Shown here: in pieces, positions 25,218 through 58,401 of the stretch
How the letters are laid out: each line of letters opens with the position of its first letter
How positions within the stretch are numbered: the stretch's first letter is position 1
DNA from: Chrysomallon squamiferum
Lineage: Eukaryota > Animalia > Mollusca
Length of the DNA: 64,000 nt
NCBI GenBank assembly: GCA_012295275.1
Contig: CM022671.1
Location: forward strand, 34,472,001-34,536,000
Direction: 5' to 3'
The notes under the pieces: generated by a model
Seen by the model: only the letters and a program-made list of their open reading frames with translations
What the model was told of the DNA's origin: nothing
The model's database searches: none
Program-made: the position numbers and the translations under genes

Positions 25218-26399
25218 TATAGCTAGTAGATAGATAGATAGCTAGATAGCTAGATAGCTAGATAGATAGATAGAGAAATTAATACAGATATATATGTAAT
25301 TCTTGCTGATCAGTATTACCTTACAGAGCTGAAAAAAACATTCTCATCACATTAACACTGGATCTACTTCCAAGAAACACGTTTGTTTCACGAACTAAGC
25401 ACATCACATTTTTAAACTTCATTGCCCGAGAACAAGAGAGGGAGCGCAATAAAAAAGAAAGAAAAAAAGACTGGTTTATTAAATATCAATTTCATTAACG
25501 CGTCACGATCTGCGCGTGCCGCATTGACCCTTTTCATCTGACAGACGTTTTATAGCCATCAAATATAGGTCACAGTAGCGTGTCGTCTGCAGCGCTCTGG
25601 ATTATAATATTCCATTCCAACCAGATCTCCACAAGTGGCGTGTCAAAATAGTTTTTCTCTTGAAAGGTGATTACAAAGCACAGATATTTTTTTTAATGGT
25701 TTTCTCTCGTATTTTCACCGTATTGAAACAATGTGTTTGACATTGTTAAATATATTGGAGTCTCTGAATAGAAAATAAATATTTAAAAAAAATAAGAATA
25801 AAATAAATTAATATTTAAATAAATAAATAAATAATAAAATAAATAAATAATAATAATTTAAAAAAAAAAAAAATCAAGAAAAACAAAACAAAAACAAACA
25901 CGCAAACAAACAAATAAATAAAGAGAATAATTTCAATAAACACGTTCTGTGCCTAATCACAGTTTTATCACACACGGACATTCGCACGCCAGGACTCGGT
26001 TCACACCTACACACACACGTTACTCAGTTCTGAATGGGAAAAGCTGGTTTTAAGTGATGTCTTTATTTTATAAGTGTGGAATGCTTTTAACTTATGATAT
26101 CGTTATGCAACATCTGTCATAGGAAATAACACAGATTTTAGTAAACACACTGGGAAGTTTGAAACGGCTGTTTAAACACATCGATATACCATTGATTTTT
26201 TATTTATTTTAAAATTTTAAATCAGGTACTTAGGCAAGATTTTGAAAATGGAACGCTTCAGTCACACACACATACACAAACACGCACACACACTCATAAA
26301 GACACATACATGCACACGTGTACACAGAAACTAATGATATGAAAGAATATTTCGTCACACAGTCTTTAAAATAACAAATCAGTGATGATACATTACTTT

Positions 26400-27105
<706 letters not shown>

Positions 27106-27332
27106 GCTAAGTTAAATTTGTCTGAAATTTATATGGGCGGAGGTTTTATTTATTCTGTTATACAATAAGTGCACAAGGTAACAGTGATGTATATGTTTTC
27201 GTTAGCGTTTTCATTCTGTGTATTCAGTACTTTACAGTTTAAATGTGGAACAATTTCGTAAAAAAACCCCGAAATAAATAATAATAATAAAATAAATAAA
27301 TAAATAAAGTAAAATAAAATAAAAATAATAAA

Positions 27333-27375
<43 letters not shown>

Positions 27376-27829
27376 TTATTATTATTATTATTCTTATACA
27401 CTGGTTTGTTCATTTCCGGTCGATTTTCATCGAATGCGGGATTTGGTTTATCAGATAATTACGCACGAAGCTGTAAAAATAAATAGCAGAACTAATTAAA
27501 AACAAACAGAAAACACTGTTTTAGTAAATCAGTTTTTTTTTTTTTTTTTTTTTTTCTTTACAATAATCATATACGGACAGTGTAGTTCCTGGAAGAGATA
27601 TCAGTTATCCTGCAAAGATTTGTACATAATCTGTAGTCTGTGGAACAGCTGTATTGTGACTTAATATGACTTGATATGAATTACTATGACAGACATTTAA
27701 GCATTAACAAATATTTTGTAATATATATTAAAATAAAATTTAAAACTTTGTCATTTCTGTCAGTCCACTAATGGCTAATAAAATGTTTTGTTTATTTAAA
27801 CTTTCATTTATTCTTCCATTCGTTTTCTT

Positions 27830-27885
<56 letters not shown>

Positions 27886-28920
27886 ATAATAATAATAATG
27901 ATAATAATAATAACAATAATAATAACTATATTTACCATCTTTTTACATCCAGCCATTAGTTTATTGAGTAACGTTCTTTAAAGTTTTGTATCCAATTTTC
28001 TGCTCAGAGATTTTAAATAAACGCACAGTATTGTTCCCACTGCCTGTATCCAGCTATATAATTCGAGGCTTAATGCCTCTTTTTCAGAGAAACTGCAGTA
28101 ATTCCAGTTAATCCGCTCGCATTAAACCATTCAGAATACGCAAGTCTACAGGCTGCTGCTTAATCTATACTCTAATCGTATGTAAAATTAATATTAGTAA
28201 CGTTCGAATATGTATTTGCAATAGTAGTAGTAGTAACAGTAGTTGTTGTGGTTGTAGAGAAGTAGTAAAAATAGTAGTAATAGTAGTAGTAGTAGTAGTA
28301 GTAGTAGTGTAGTAGTAGCACTAGTAGTAATGGTAAATGTAGCTGTAGCTGTATTAATATTAGTATCAAACAAAACAAAATAATTATATAATAATTTATC
28401 AATATACTGTCCTTTTTATCAGTGTGCATCAGTAGCAATGACATAAACTAAAAGTGTTCAGATAAGAATCCGATGCAACACTCATCAAGCTGGTCGAGGT
28501 CAGGGTAGATAACTCTTCGGCAAGCCATGCACACGATTTTCGAGCAAAGAGTAGTCTGCCCATCCCTCCGTTGAGAATGCTTCGGTTAACTCCGGACGTC
28601 ATTAGTTGACGAGACTTAAATTATGAATTGTTGAAAATGCAGTGTTACACATGTAACGTATCGTTCACACAGTCACACATAGCGTTTAGTGTCAAACACT
28701 GACGGAATCCAGTTACTCTTTGTCTGACGTATGACGTCAACCTTCACACTAGAATATAGACGGATATTTATCAAGGAGGAGGTAACTCAGTCATGTTTGT
28801 AGAAGAAGTCGCATGAACCTGTTATTCCCCTTAGATTAAAAAATAAAAATAAAAATATAGATAAAGTTTCATTTTGGATTATTATTTGTATACGTTTATG
28901 TCCATCGGACTTTGAGGTAA

Positions 28921-28964
<44 letters not shown>

Positions 28965-29575
28965 ATAGTAGTAGCAGCAGCAGCAGTAGTAATAGTAGTA
29001 ATAATAATAATAATAAATATTTATAAATAAACAACAAATCGATTAGAAGACTTTGATAATCAAGATTTATTGAACATTCAGCGAGATTAAATATCAATAA
29101 TAACAAATATACCCATATTGTACCTCTCAGCGAGGCATATATACACATTCGTAGAAAACACCACAAAATATACAATCACATAATAAGGAATATATCATTT
29201 TATTTAATCAGTATGAATTCCTGTACATTTTCTCATTAGCTTAACTCGATTTCTGTTTCTTTTACCGTACATACCATTCTTGTCGCTGAGATATAAGGCA
29301 ACACTGGATCGAATAACACAACATATAACTGAACAAATACGGTACTTAAGAAAATCTTGTAGAAAAATTAACTTGGTGCATAATTATTAGTTTAAATTAG
29401 CCGGCTATAGTTTGCGATATTTAAAACTATAAAGAAAGTATAGATACTTCTATAAATCATACATACATACATACACAAATAATTTAGAAATATGGAATTG
29501 CATGTGAATAAAAATATATTATGAAAAATGCAGGGGCAAGTAAGAATAACGGCGTGGTTTTATTTGTTTTATTTT

Positions 29576-29629
<54 letters not shown>

Positions 29630-32124
29630 GTAATAATAAATAAATAAATAAATAAATAAAATGAAGTCTAAATTGCAGAGCCTAAATGAAAAAAACTAAG
29701 AATTAACAAAACGTTATGCAGGACTTAAAAGAGCGAAATGACAGTGACTGTCAAGGTATAATTTTAAATATGTTTACCTTGTTAAAAAATACTCCACTCT
29801 TGAATCTAACACAGAACATATGCTTCATAAGAAAAAGCGTTTAAAGACAGTTATAAGAAAACCTGTATTTGGCGCCTGATGAAGTACCCAGTATAACCCT
29901 CCTTTTGTGAAAAGAATAATGAAATTACGTAACGTTTAAGAAATTTATCTCTATGGTTATTAACAAGAACATCAGTATAGTATGAAAAATAACCTCTAGC
30001 TAACGATTAAAAAAAAAATTAATAATAATAAATAAATAAAAATAACCATTTCATGATCATATTAAATTATGTGACTGATATGTTTTTGGAATCTGTCAGT
30101 ATTTTTTAATTTTTATAAATATGTAACATTAAGTTTGACGATACGTGACAACGTTCAATGAAAGGTATCCAAAGTCTATCAAAGCTTTCGTCAGTTTAGG
30201 CTCGAAAAGGAATAGCAGCTATTATTTTTGAAATGTTCATTTGTTTCTTCAATTTTCAGTAATTTATATAGCATCCTTACTAAATCAGTTTAATTTGTAA
30301 TGTGAAAGGAATAATTCAATTAAAGGAATAGGTGAAAAAGAAAGAAAATGAAGTGACAAGTTTTACTCTCAGTTCTCCATTTCAAATTATCATCGTTTTG
30401 AGTAAATAGTTTTTAAAAAGTATATATATATACTTTTCGTATATAAAATATAAAACTATAAGAAAAGCAATGTTTATGTCAAAATGCTTATCATAAGAAG
30501 TCGTTTTCTGACTGTTAAGTAATTAGTAATAAGACAGTTAAGAACAATGACGCCTGTTATACATAAATACTATTCTGATTTCAGTTTCAACATTCATTTG
30601 CTTACAAAAACGATGTCTAAGAACAATGTTTACGTTTGGTGATATGAACATAGTTCTGAAGAAGAAGAAACGAATAAATCTTTGGCAAGGTTGTTGTTAT
30701 CTGTCAATTTAGTGAATTAATAATATTTTTTTTTTTTTTAGAATTCTGTATATAACTAGATGTTACACGTACACTCAGAAGTAAAGAAGTGACACTCTTC
30801 ATACATCTGCGTGCACTGGCTATTATTACTGTCGTCTTACTTAACTGTTATGAAAGGTTAATCTCCAAAAACAGTACCTTCAAATACACCAAGATAATAT
30901 TTATCAGTAACTTAATGTTAATATATTTTTTTTAGAATCACAAACATGGCGTCTCTTTTCTGAAACTCTGAACCAGTCCCTCTATGAAGACACTGAATAA
31001 GATTTCATGATTTCAAGATGTCTTCACGATATTCTGGACTACAACTGAAGTAATTATTTTGTTCTTCCCTAACGGAATTTAATTCTGACTATTAAATTAT
31101 TTACAAGGGGTTAATGACAACTGGCAGAAAGGTTGTGTAGACCTGTATAACAAATGAAAGCATGGCGATTTAAATATTCTTTTAACACCTTCTTAGATTA
31201 ACAATTACTTGCTGTCAGTAATAAGAGTATATGAAAACAAAAAAGAACATCTACTGCCGTTATACTTTAGGTTTTCTTATGGATGAGGAAAGGATATTTT
31301 TCTACACAAAGTGCAGTATAAACCATAACCTTTTACTTCATTTGTGGCATCAGTCTAAATATAGAATAATATAAATATATATAAAAAAGAAATTTAACAG
31401 AATGATAAGCAACTTTGTCAGTGTTTTCCTACAGTAAAGATAAAAATGGCAACATCAATGCATGTCGTGAAGGTAAGTATTTTTTCATACTTTATTATTA
31501 ACAAAGGATGGAGACAAGCGACAAATAAAATTTGGAAGTATATTAAATGGTTTTTCTTTCTCGCACCTCTTAATAATAATAACAATAATAATAACATAAA
31601 TTCTAATCATAACTGTTAGGATATGAATATATTTCCATTATCCTGTAATCGGAAACGCTCTAATTTCGTTTATCGGAACGTTTTCATTTTTATAAGCAGC
31701 GTTTCTTTTCATACTGAGATTAAACTTTATTGCATTTCTATCGCATTTCGTTCACTGAATATACACACATATTATTTAAAATCTCAGTCCCTAGACTAAT
31801 TAATTTACAAAGAGAATGGATTGGTGGGCGACTTTCATCTGTAATGGGAATTGTTGGGTGTTAAAAATCTGTTAAAAGCGGTGGATGGATTACATTTGCT
31901 CGATATTTTTAGAAAACGTAGAGAAACTAAATTAATATATTTTAAAATGAAATGCAGAGAAATGATTGATTAGCTATAGCTAACAAATAACTATTTTCCG
32001 TTTTTGAATAATAAATTATGGAAATGTTCCGGTACCGTAATTATATTTCATAGACCATTTCAAAATTTGAGCAAAATAAGCTTAAATAATGATGACAATA
32101 AAAATAAAAATAATAATAATAAAA

Positions 32125-32174
<50 letters not shown>

Positions 32175-32480
32175 CAACAACAATAATAATAATAACAAGA
32201 ACAGTAACATAACATATTCCAACTTGAAAATATAATGCAGTGCATACGGCAATGCTTTTTTGAAGTTTTGTAGTGACGATTACCTATATGAACCTAACAA
32301 TGTTATGGTAACACATATCCCAAATCTATGGCAATGTGTTTGATGACATATTTTGGCATTTATATTTCTTGGACATGTATCTCAGGCGAAATCATGAGCA
32401 ATTGAAGCGTTGATACATTTATTCCCATACAAAGATAATCCGAGAAAGCAGACATGACAAGCGATGAATCTGTTCTATTA

Positions 32481-32745
32481 TATTTGACTGTCAGTACAAT
32501 TTTCCATTAGTTCTCGATATCTAGAAATATATTTGACTGTCAGTACAATTTTCCATTAGTTCTTGACATCTAGAAATATGTTTGACTGTCAGTAGAATTG
32601 TCCATTAGTTCTCGATTTCTAGAAATATATTTGACTGTCAGTACACTTTTCCATAAGTACTCCATTTCTAAAAATTTATTTGACTGTCAGTACAATTTCC
32701 CACAAGTACTCCTTATTTAGAAATACATTTGACTGTCAGTACAAT
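32481..32745. repeat. 49-bp minisatellite, about 5.5 copies, downstream of the RhoGEF stop
   Basis: Unit tatttgactgtcagtacaattttccattagttctcgatatctagaaata at 32481, 32530, 32579, 32628, 32677, 32726. Confidence 0.92.
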
Positions 32746-34104
32746 ATTTTTATTATCATTCATTTGATAAATTGTACAGTCGATATCTAGATAGTTATGT
32801 TTGCTGTCAGAAAAATGCTGGTTTTATTGGTGTTTATAAACATATTTTAAGTGAAGGACATTTATTATAAACATTTTTTAGACTGGGAAGAGTACTGGAT
32901 TTTCTATTGTAAGTCAAACTATTTGATTGACACAGACTTTCTACACTGTTCCTTCATTTTCTGCTCTGAAAATATTTGTGATCGTCAGAAAAGTGGATTT
33001 TCCAGCATAGAAATATTTTGACTGTCTCACACACACTGCGGAATTAACTGTTGTCAGTCAGTTTCTGGAAACGTATTTGACTTTCACACAGATTTTCTGC
33101 ATTTTCCAAGTACTTATTGCAGCAAGTAAAATGTTTAGAAATACGTATGGCCGTGAGAGAGAGAGAGTGTGGATTTTCCACATTCAGTTAACTTTCAGAA
33201 ATATATTGGATTTCTGATGTTATTCACAGTAATATATTTGAATGCCATAAACGTTATGGATTTTTTCCTGGTGTTCTTCTTCATTAACCAGTCTTTAGGA
33301 AATCTCTTTCCCTAACGTAAATCAGTGGATTTTCTGGAACAGATTAAAATCTAGAAAACATAACAGATATGACGTAATAAGAACCATGTATTCACATCGT
33401 ACTCATTTTCCTATTATTCTCAGCGGTGGAATCAAGTAACGGATGGTTACAAACTCTCGAAGTTTGTAATAACGGGTAAAAATCTGGTTTCTTTAGAACA
33501 TCGAATCCAAGCATATATATTTTTCTATAAAATATCTTTCACTGATATTTCACTGACACAGTTTATAGATAAAATATTATGACCGCATAAGAATATCACC
33601 ATTTTCCTATAAATATCTTTAACAACCTGCTGGAAACCTGCTAGCAGGAAAAACAGGCTTTACGTTGACATTGCATCCATGGATCAGGATCTTCCTTGCA
33701 GTTAGTTATAAACGTACAATAGGGAAATACGACCTCGATATTTACGTGTCTGGATTTTCCTATTAACATCTGTCTCACAGTTGTAAGAGTGTTTACATCA
33801 ACAGGAAAACTAGCACCCAGGGATTAGGATTAGTAATTGCCTGTGAATATCCTATCACATCGTAGACGGTATTTATGGTACAACTGAAACAAACAGTTAT
33901 TTCAGAATATGACCCATCACGTTGTAAATCCTGCTGGATTTCTCATCACAGCAAAAAACGCGAAAAACACGACATCCACGAATCTTGATTTTTTTTTTTT
34001 TTATAATTTGTAACACGGTTATCCATGAATCTACATTTTCCTGATTTTTTTTTTTTTTTAGCCAGTCTACTTATAGGAAAAAAACAACAACAAAAAACCG
34101 GCTA

Positions 34105-50502
<16,398 letters not shown>

Positions 50503-50520
50503 CTGTAAAATAACAATAAC

Positions 50521-50575
<55 letters not shown>

Positions 50576-50626
50576 TAATGATGTTGATGATGGAAAACTA
50601 ACATCATCGTTATCGTCATCATAATG

Positions 50627-50657
<31 letters not shown>

Positions 50658-50853
50658 GGTATGAAGAACTGAGCCTCTGTGTTTACCGATCATGACTACA
50701 GGTCACAAGATTTGTAAAGCTGTTTCTTAAGTTTGATATATAAATAAATACTCAGATAATAAATATATAATTAGACCCGTGCAGTATGTTGTAACCACTT
50801 TAAACAGTGCAAACACAGCGACGCGAATATTTATTCTTTAGCTGATTAAAGAA

Positions 50854-51017
<164 letters not shown>

Positions 51018-52316
51018 TAAAAATCTAGTAGAAGATAGAAGAGAATCGAAAAACAGAACAAAATCAACAAGATTTGGACATTAGTTGAAACAGATATATT
51101 TACTTAGAGTAATCAGTGAAGCGCTTAGAAAAAAAGAAAAACACTTCTGAATACATCTGAGTGAAGCAAACGCTGTATTTTTTCAGCTAACTAAACACAA
51201 TGATCAAACATGCATTAGCAGGAAAAGTATTTATTGAAGGTTCGTTGATTGGGAAGAAAAAAGAAATCTGCGTAAAATAAACACACATGAAATAGTAGAC
51301 AAACAAATCTGCCCTCACATTCAAATAATGATGAATTCAATGAAATGAATGAATGAAATGAATGAATGAATATCAGTAAAATATTTTTATAAACTTATTA
51401 TTCATGTCAGCTAGACACATGGACGAGACAGACAGATAGACAGAAACACAGATCGACAGACAGACAAACATACAGACAGATGTACAGATATACAGGCAAA
51501 GAACTGGCAAAGAGACAAATAAATAGACAGACAGATAGAATATCAGACAGACACACAAGCAGACAGATAGATAAATAGATGGACAGACAAACAGAAAACA
51601 GTTAGATTTTGAAAAATAAAAACAAACAACCAAACAACGCAAAACAGAGCAGTCTGTTTGTGAGATATTCCTTTAGAATAACAATAATGGCTGGAATGGG
51701 AAATTCAGTCTCAAATAGACACTGATCTGGTGAAGAGCCAAGTCTGACTTGAATTGCGTAATGCTAGTTTACCGCATGATAAAAGCTGGAAGAAACGAAT
51801 TCTGCGAGTAAAATTAAAGAGTAATTTTCAACATGCTTCCAACAGAGAGAAACAGCTGAAAAAAAAACTCCGCTCTTGTTTTCGCGTCTCATTCACCGGA
51901 GAGTTCTAGGCTGGAACAATGAAGTGTAATGGATTCTTGTTTGTTGTGTGACTGGCTCAGCTGTGGTGAAAAGAAATAGAATCGAGACAGACAAAAAAAA
52001 AAAAAAAAAAAAAAAAGGCTAGAGATAATGAAAAAAAAAAAAAATTAAATAAAGGGAAAAGATGGGGAGGAAAAAGCGAATTAATAGTAAACGAAAAATA
52101 CGAAAGTAATAAAAGAAAAAAAAAAAAAAAGAGGGTTAAAAAGAGAAGATAATAATGAGAAGAAATAATAGAAAATAAAATAAAAAAAAAAAAGATAAAA
52201 AAAAAAGAAGTTAATAAAATGGAAAAGAAAAAAGTTAAAAATGAAGAAGTTTAATGAAAAATAGAATATAAAAAGAGAAGTAAATAAATAAATAGAGGAA
52301 GAAAAGAGAGAGAGAC

Positions 52317-52426
<110 letters not shown>

Positions 52427-52870
52427 AAAGAGTAAAGCAGAAAACAATAGGAAAGTAATTTTATAAAAAATAATGAAAGCAAAAAAAAAGGAAATGTATT
52501 TCGCAGACTTGATCAAATATTAACAGAGAAACTGTTCAGTGTTTGCTCAGAATTCACTTACACAGAATTATCTATCTTCTTCACCCCTGACATTTACTTA
52601 ATCTTTACTCCGCAAATATCTTATAAATAATATTTAGAGGTAAAAAAGAAAATTGTTATCTCTCTTTTCTGCTGTGTCTCGCTCATTCTTTCTCTCTCTG
52701 GATATACTTCAACTATGAAAATTATTAATTTAAGAAAATCTGTTTAATGTAGAAACAAGGAAAAGATAAAAAAAATGAAGGGAAAAAATTAATAATAAAT
52801 AAAAAATCTTTAATTGTAGTTTTAATTATTACAATTCAATCTTCAAAATAAATAAATAAATAAATCAAAT

Positions 52871-52912
<42 letters not shown>

Positions 52913-54675
52913 TATTTCTAAAAAAATTAAAATTAAAAAAAATTAAAAAAATTAAGTTATAAAGCAAATGCCTCGATGAGGGGAGAAAAGACCTAAACAC
53001 TACAACAACGTCTTCATGCAAATCGATGCGATACTCCGTCTTAACATCTACATGCAGCAAAACGTCGTTTTAATCTGCTAGTGATAAGGTGATATTCGCC
53101 GATAACGTGTCGAGTCGTTAACCAAATTATAAACGTTAGCCCGTCAGCCAGGCGAGAATACTTGATGGGTTTGACAGGCTTGATGTGTATCCAAGTCATC
53201 AAGTGGCTGCTTTATGCGTCTGTGCGGACACTTCATCGATATTGCCCCAATCTGAGCCGGGAAACAGATCTCTAGTAACACCGGTAGACGACTGATAGCG
53301 AGCGGGGAGAGAGTCAGAGCGAAATTATCCCTGACTGTCGCGTATTGGTTAAATAAAATAAAAGTTAAGAAATAATAATAATAATAAAAATGGGGAAAGT
53401 GATGGCTGAGAGACATAAAGTCAAATGCTTGACAGACCGAATGAAGGACCGAGAGATACACGGATGGGTAGGTAGATAGGATAGCAGATGTAAACGTACA
53501 TAAAGTGACAAAAACAAAACAAGAGACAGACAGACAAACAGAAGAGATAGATATATACATATACATACATACAAACACATACATACACATACAAACATAC
53601 ATATAGACACATACATACATACATACATACATACATACATACACATATATACATACATACATACATGTATATATATATATACATATAGATACAAGGATGG
53701 ATGGATTGATAGAAAGAAAGACAGACAGAGCGATTAGTGTTTGTTAAACGATACTTCAACACGTTTGATGGTCAATGATTATTAGATGCCTAACTTAATT
53801 TTTCTGCTTTCTTATTTCAGAAAGGAAACCAGCTGGAAACATGTCACTGATTACTGTCATACTTTAATATCGAGGATTATTCTTAATCATTCAGGAAACA
53901 CCCTTCCACGACGTTTCATTAATCAGTTTTGGAACATTAACTACAACGGGAAAACAAGCAACGAGATAACCGAAAACGATGGACCCTACGATTCCTCTCA
54001 TTTATACGTGCTGAACTAGAACCTGTTATGCATCCTCGATGAAAATTATTTTAAAATATTTGTTTGGAAAAAAATAAATCTTAAATATTCTGCTGTAATC
54101 TTAAAATCGTTAACAAGAAATGTCAAACCAACAGAAGAAGGTTTAACCCAGTAGAAATTTGAATGTCAGTAAAAGATAAAATTTTGTTGTTTCCATTTTT
54201 CAATAATTCACAAATATCACGACATGCAATATACATTAGGAGACGTTTTCAGATATACTCGATGTTGTTCCTTTTCACACTGAATGGGTTTTACTTTTGC
54301 ACAAAAGAAAAAAAGTCATCATAAATTATTTTTATGATGGACGTCTTAATAATTAATACATTTTCTATTTCCCTTTCTGCATTTTCAATCCCGTTCAAGC
54401 AGATTGGATTTTAATATTTGATCAATGTTATTAGTAAAAACTGATTTAGAATAACAAGAGGCATGCAGGTGTTGCCTAAAACTAATATTGTTTTTATGTG
54501 ATAGCTGCCTTCACGTGTGTGTACACTTTATTTCCATTTAATCCCTTTTCTACAACGATCGTCAATATTTGTTTTTTGTTTTTTTTTTTTTTTTTTTTTT
54601 TTTTGAAATTCGTTATTTAATAACTGCATTCCGAAGTGGGCGTTTAAGTTGTGTGTGTATGTATGTTTGTTTGTT

Positions 54676-54715
<40 letters not shown>

Positions 54716-55332
54716 GTTCTCTCTTAAACAAAGGCAAAGACGATTAACATTTTAAAATGATACCCAGGTTTACAATGATATTTAGAATTTCCCTTTATTT
54801 CAATGAATGAATAAAAATAATTAATGCTTTACTTAAAATTTATTAATACTCTTGATTAACCAGCCATACAGTTTTGGTTAGAACGGGAAATAAAAAAAAT
54901 GCTATCGATTAGCAACAAAGAATGTTGGATATTAACCTTCCCACAGTTTGGAAAACTCAGTTTTGGAGCCGTGGGGATGGGACGCTAGCAAGTGCGCGCG
55001 TTGGACAGAATCGATCCTTCTACCGACAGAACCACAGCACGAAGTCACGTGATAGTTGTTAAAAAGATTTACGCGATCAGTGTGGACGTGATAAAGTGTT
55101 TTCTAATCAGGTGTGGTCAGTGGTTATAGCTTTTTATCTTCTCATCGAACCGAAAATCGGGAAGAACGTTATTAATGTTCTACGCGGCAGAGAAACAAAC
55201 ACGAGGCGACAGCGTAACTAATGTTCAGTGAGGAAAGACGGGCGGAGGGCTGCAGGATAGGGGGGGGTGTTTGAGTGGCGGAGTCAGAATGATTAGAGAG
55301 AATGAGGCAACGAAGACGACGATGTATGTAGA

Positions 55333-55365
<33 letters not shown>

Positions 55366-58285
55366 TTATGTGATTGTTTAGTTCACGTAACAGAAAAGTT
55401 TCAGTCGGTTGACTGTTGCTACTCTTTTGCAGCTTGTGGGCCTTGAGCAGTGAAGGCGGAAGGAAGTCTGCAGTGACAGAACGAGACAGTCGGTTTGGGA
55501 AGTCTTCCCATTCTCGTGCGTCTCGAGCAGAATTCAGCTGTCTGGTGCATCTGTTCACTTATCTGTTAAATTAAGACGTTTTCAGAGTTAGCTAACTCAC
55601 CGCAGGAATCTGCTTCAGTGTGCGAACTGTGTACAACACAACGGTCTGCTAGTGAACTAGAAGTTAATTTAACAGGACAGTCTATGAGAAAATCAATTCA
55701 CGCCACAGCCTGTCATCTCTACACTAAAACCTCATACAGCCCTTTCAGTTATTCACTGTATTCATGTATTGACACTCTTCTGTCGTTACGCCTTGCAAAG
55801 CTGCGACATTTCGGGGACCAGTGCATTCATTCACTGTCAATGGCTGTCGTGTTACGCTTCTCACTACTAGCTATAATACTGACGGCGGATCAGTCGAGCA
55901 AGATGCAGTTCTTTTTGTCGATGAATTGACATCGATTTTTCTTCATTCTTCTCTTTTTTTTTTTTTTTCGGTGCTTTAAACAAAGTTTTCTCGCATCAAA
56001 GTTGCTACACTTGAGCCTGTGTTGAACGACGGCGCTACGTAAACTTGTCAACTCAATTAGCCAGACTGTGCAGACCCGCGGATCACAGAAGAACATAATC
56101 GAATGATCATCTCTCCGGATTCCATTCTGACCGTCATACGCTAATAAGTTTTCGTCTTTTGTCCTTCGAACAGTTCGTTCCCCAATGAAAAAGATTTTAA
56201 TTTTCCCAACGTCTTGTCATGTCCTCCCCCGCTTAGCAAATACTAAAAAGAGCGTTTGAAGAACTCTGTCAAAATGACATCGATTTGCAAACAACTACCA
56301 GCGGATGTGTTCTGTTTATTCTTACAACTCTCAAAAAGCTCCAAGTTATTTATGGAATAAAATTCTCAGTATTAGAATGGAATAAAATGAAAGCTTTATG
56401 CATTAGTACACAGGGTTTTTTTGTTTGTTTTTTATTCCGAATTAACTGGTTTTCTTTGGTCATTCACACTATCCCACCCCCGCACGCGACTTAACAATAA
56501 GAAAAAAAAAGTAATTCATAAAGTAATGAACAGTTGAGAAGGACACTGCCCTCTTAACCGGATGCCAAAGCAATTTAAACATCAGAGACAAAGAGTTATC
56601 TGAAACACGGTTTTATACCAACTGAAATTTCAGTGATATCTGTTAGACGGAAAGAAACCCAGCCTTTAGCTGATAGAGTTTGCGAGTTAGGCGTAACCGT
56701 ACAGTCTGCAGTGATTTGCACCTCGACGATTAATGAATGATCAAATAATCTATCAGAGAAAGGCACTGAACGTGGTCTACACACACTAAATTGGATGCCG
56801 GGCTACTGAAAGACCTGAGATGGGATTAATACTCTTAACCCGTTTACTGCAAAATAACATTTATCATTGCCCAGGCAGGCAGTAGCAACTGCTAATGTCC
56901 CTTTCACGCCAATTACTGCCCGAGGCGAGATCCTAATGTCGCAATTAGAACAGAACGAGGCAAAAACAATTTCATTCTGTGACAAAACATTCATTCCTGA
57001 AACTATTTTTGACTAGATAAGTCATAAACGTTTATTCTAGTTAGTTGTCTTAGTAGACATGTTTTTTTTTTTTTATTTTTATTTTTTATTAATGTCATTT
57101 TAAATTTATCATGCGTGCATAATTAACAATTGTATGACAGTAGAGAGAGAGAGAGAGAGAAAAAGATTCAATGCTAACTCAGTTTGTACTTAAATAGCTT
57201 TTATTAAAGTTAATTTGAGAAAATCACGTAATAAATTTTAGATTGTCATTTCCAAAATTCCAGTAAGGGTGTTCTTACTCTTTCGTGGAGTGATTTATCA
57301 CTTTAGAAAAGCGAATAAGTCTAAAGTAATCACATTGTCTAGTGGCGAGTTACTGCTGATCAGGTGACTGAATTACGTGGTTCATTTCTTTCTCTCCGAA
57401 ATTTATAGAATAGCCGTAAAACACAATTCATATTTTTAATAATATTCATAAGTTTGCAAACTGCGTTTTGTCTAGAACAAAGAGACCTATGAAAAACCTT
57501 CAGGCAAGCTTTTTTTGTTTTTTTCTTTCCATAAATTTTTCTTTTCTCATTTTTAAAGAAAATGTTGAAAAGTCTTTCTTTTTAATAGAAAACCTTCTTT
57601 CTACTTTCATTGAAAGTAATGAATGTGAAATATTAAAAAAATCATCAATATAAATTAATTTAATACATATGCGATTCTTGGAATATATTATATAATACAG
57701 ATATATATATATGTATGTATGCATGTTCGTGTAATCACATATATGCATATAAAACAAATTTTGTCAGACATCTTGACATTTGAGACAGCTAAAATTGCAT
57801 TAAATCTGAGTAGACTTAATGTCTTACTTATATACATCCCAAATTAACTCTACTCCGATTTAATGTTATTTTAATTTTCTGAAATGTCAAGATGATTACA
57901 AATGTTCGAACAGAATTTGTTTAGCCTTCGTTTCATTTTTAATAACAATGAAAACCACTTTGATCCTCACTGCTGTATGAAATAGCAAACCTCGTTCAAT
58001 ATACGATGTTTCACAAAGCATTAGTTAACTGAAGTATGTTTAGATATAAACATGAAATAATATATTTCTTTGATGATGTCTTTTATAAATATTTACTTTA
58101 AAAAAAAAAATGTTATTTTTACTTGCCTCATTTACTTGTATGAATTTATCAAAAGAGAAACTACGAGAAATGAATAGAAACAGAGAAGGAGAGAAATCAA
58201 GGCGAACAAACTGATCACAGACACCGAAGTACAGACAAAATAAGAATGAGAGGTACAGACAGACAGATAGAAATACAGATATTGG

Positions 58286-58401
<116 letters not shown>

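Noticed and set aside
32481-32745. Repeat array resembling CRISPR
   Set aside because: The whole 49-bp unit repeats with no unique spacers; eukaryotic context, no cas genes.
55361-55558. 65-aa minus-strand ORF as a RhoGEF first coding exon
   Set aside because: No in-frame ATG, and its donor is phase 2 whereas the next exon (50502) needs phase 0; the phase-0 frame contains stops.
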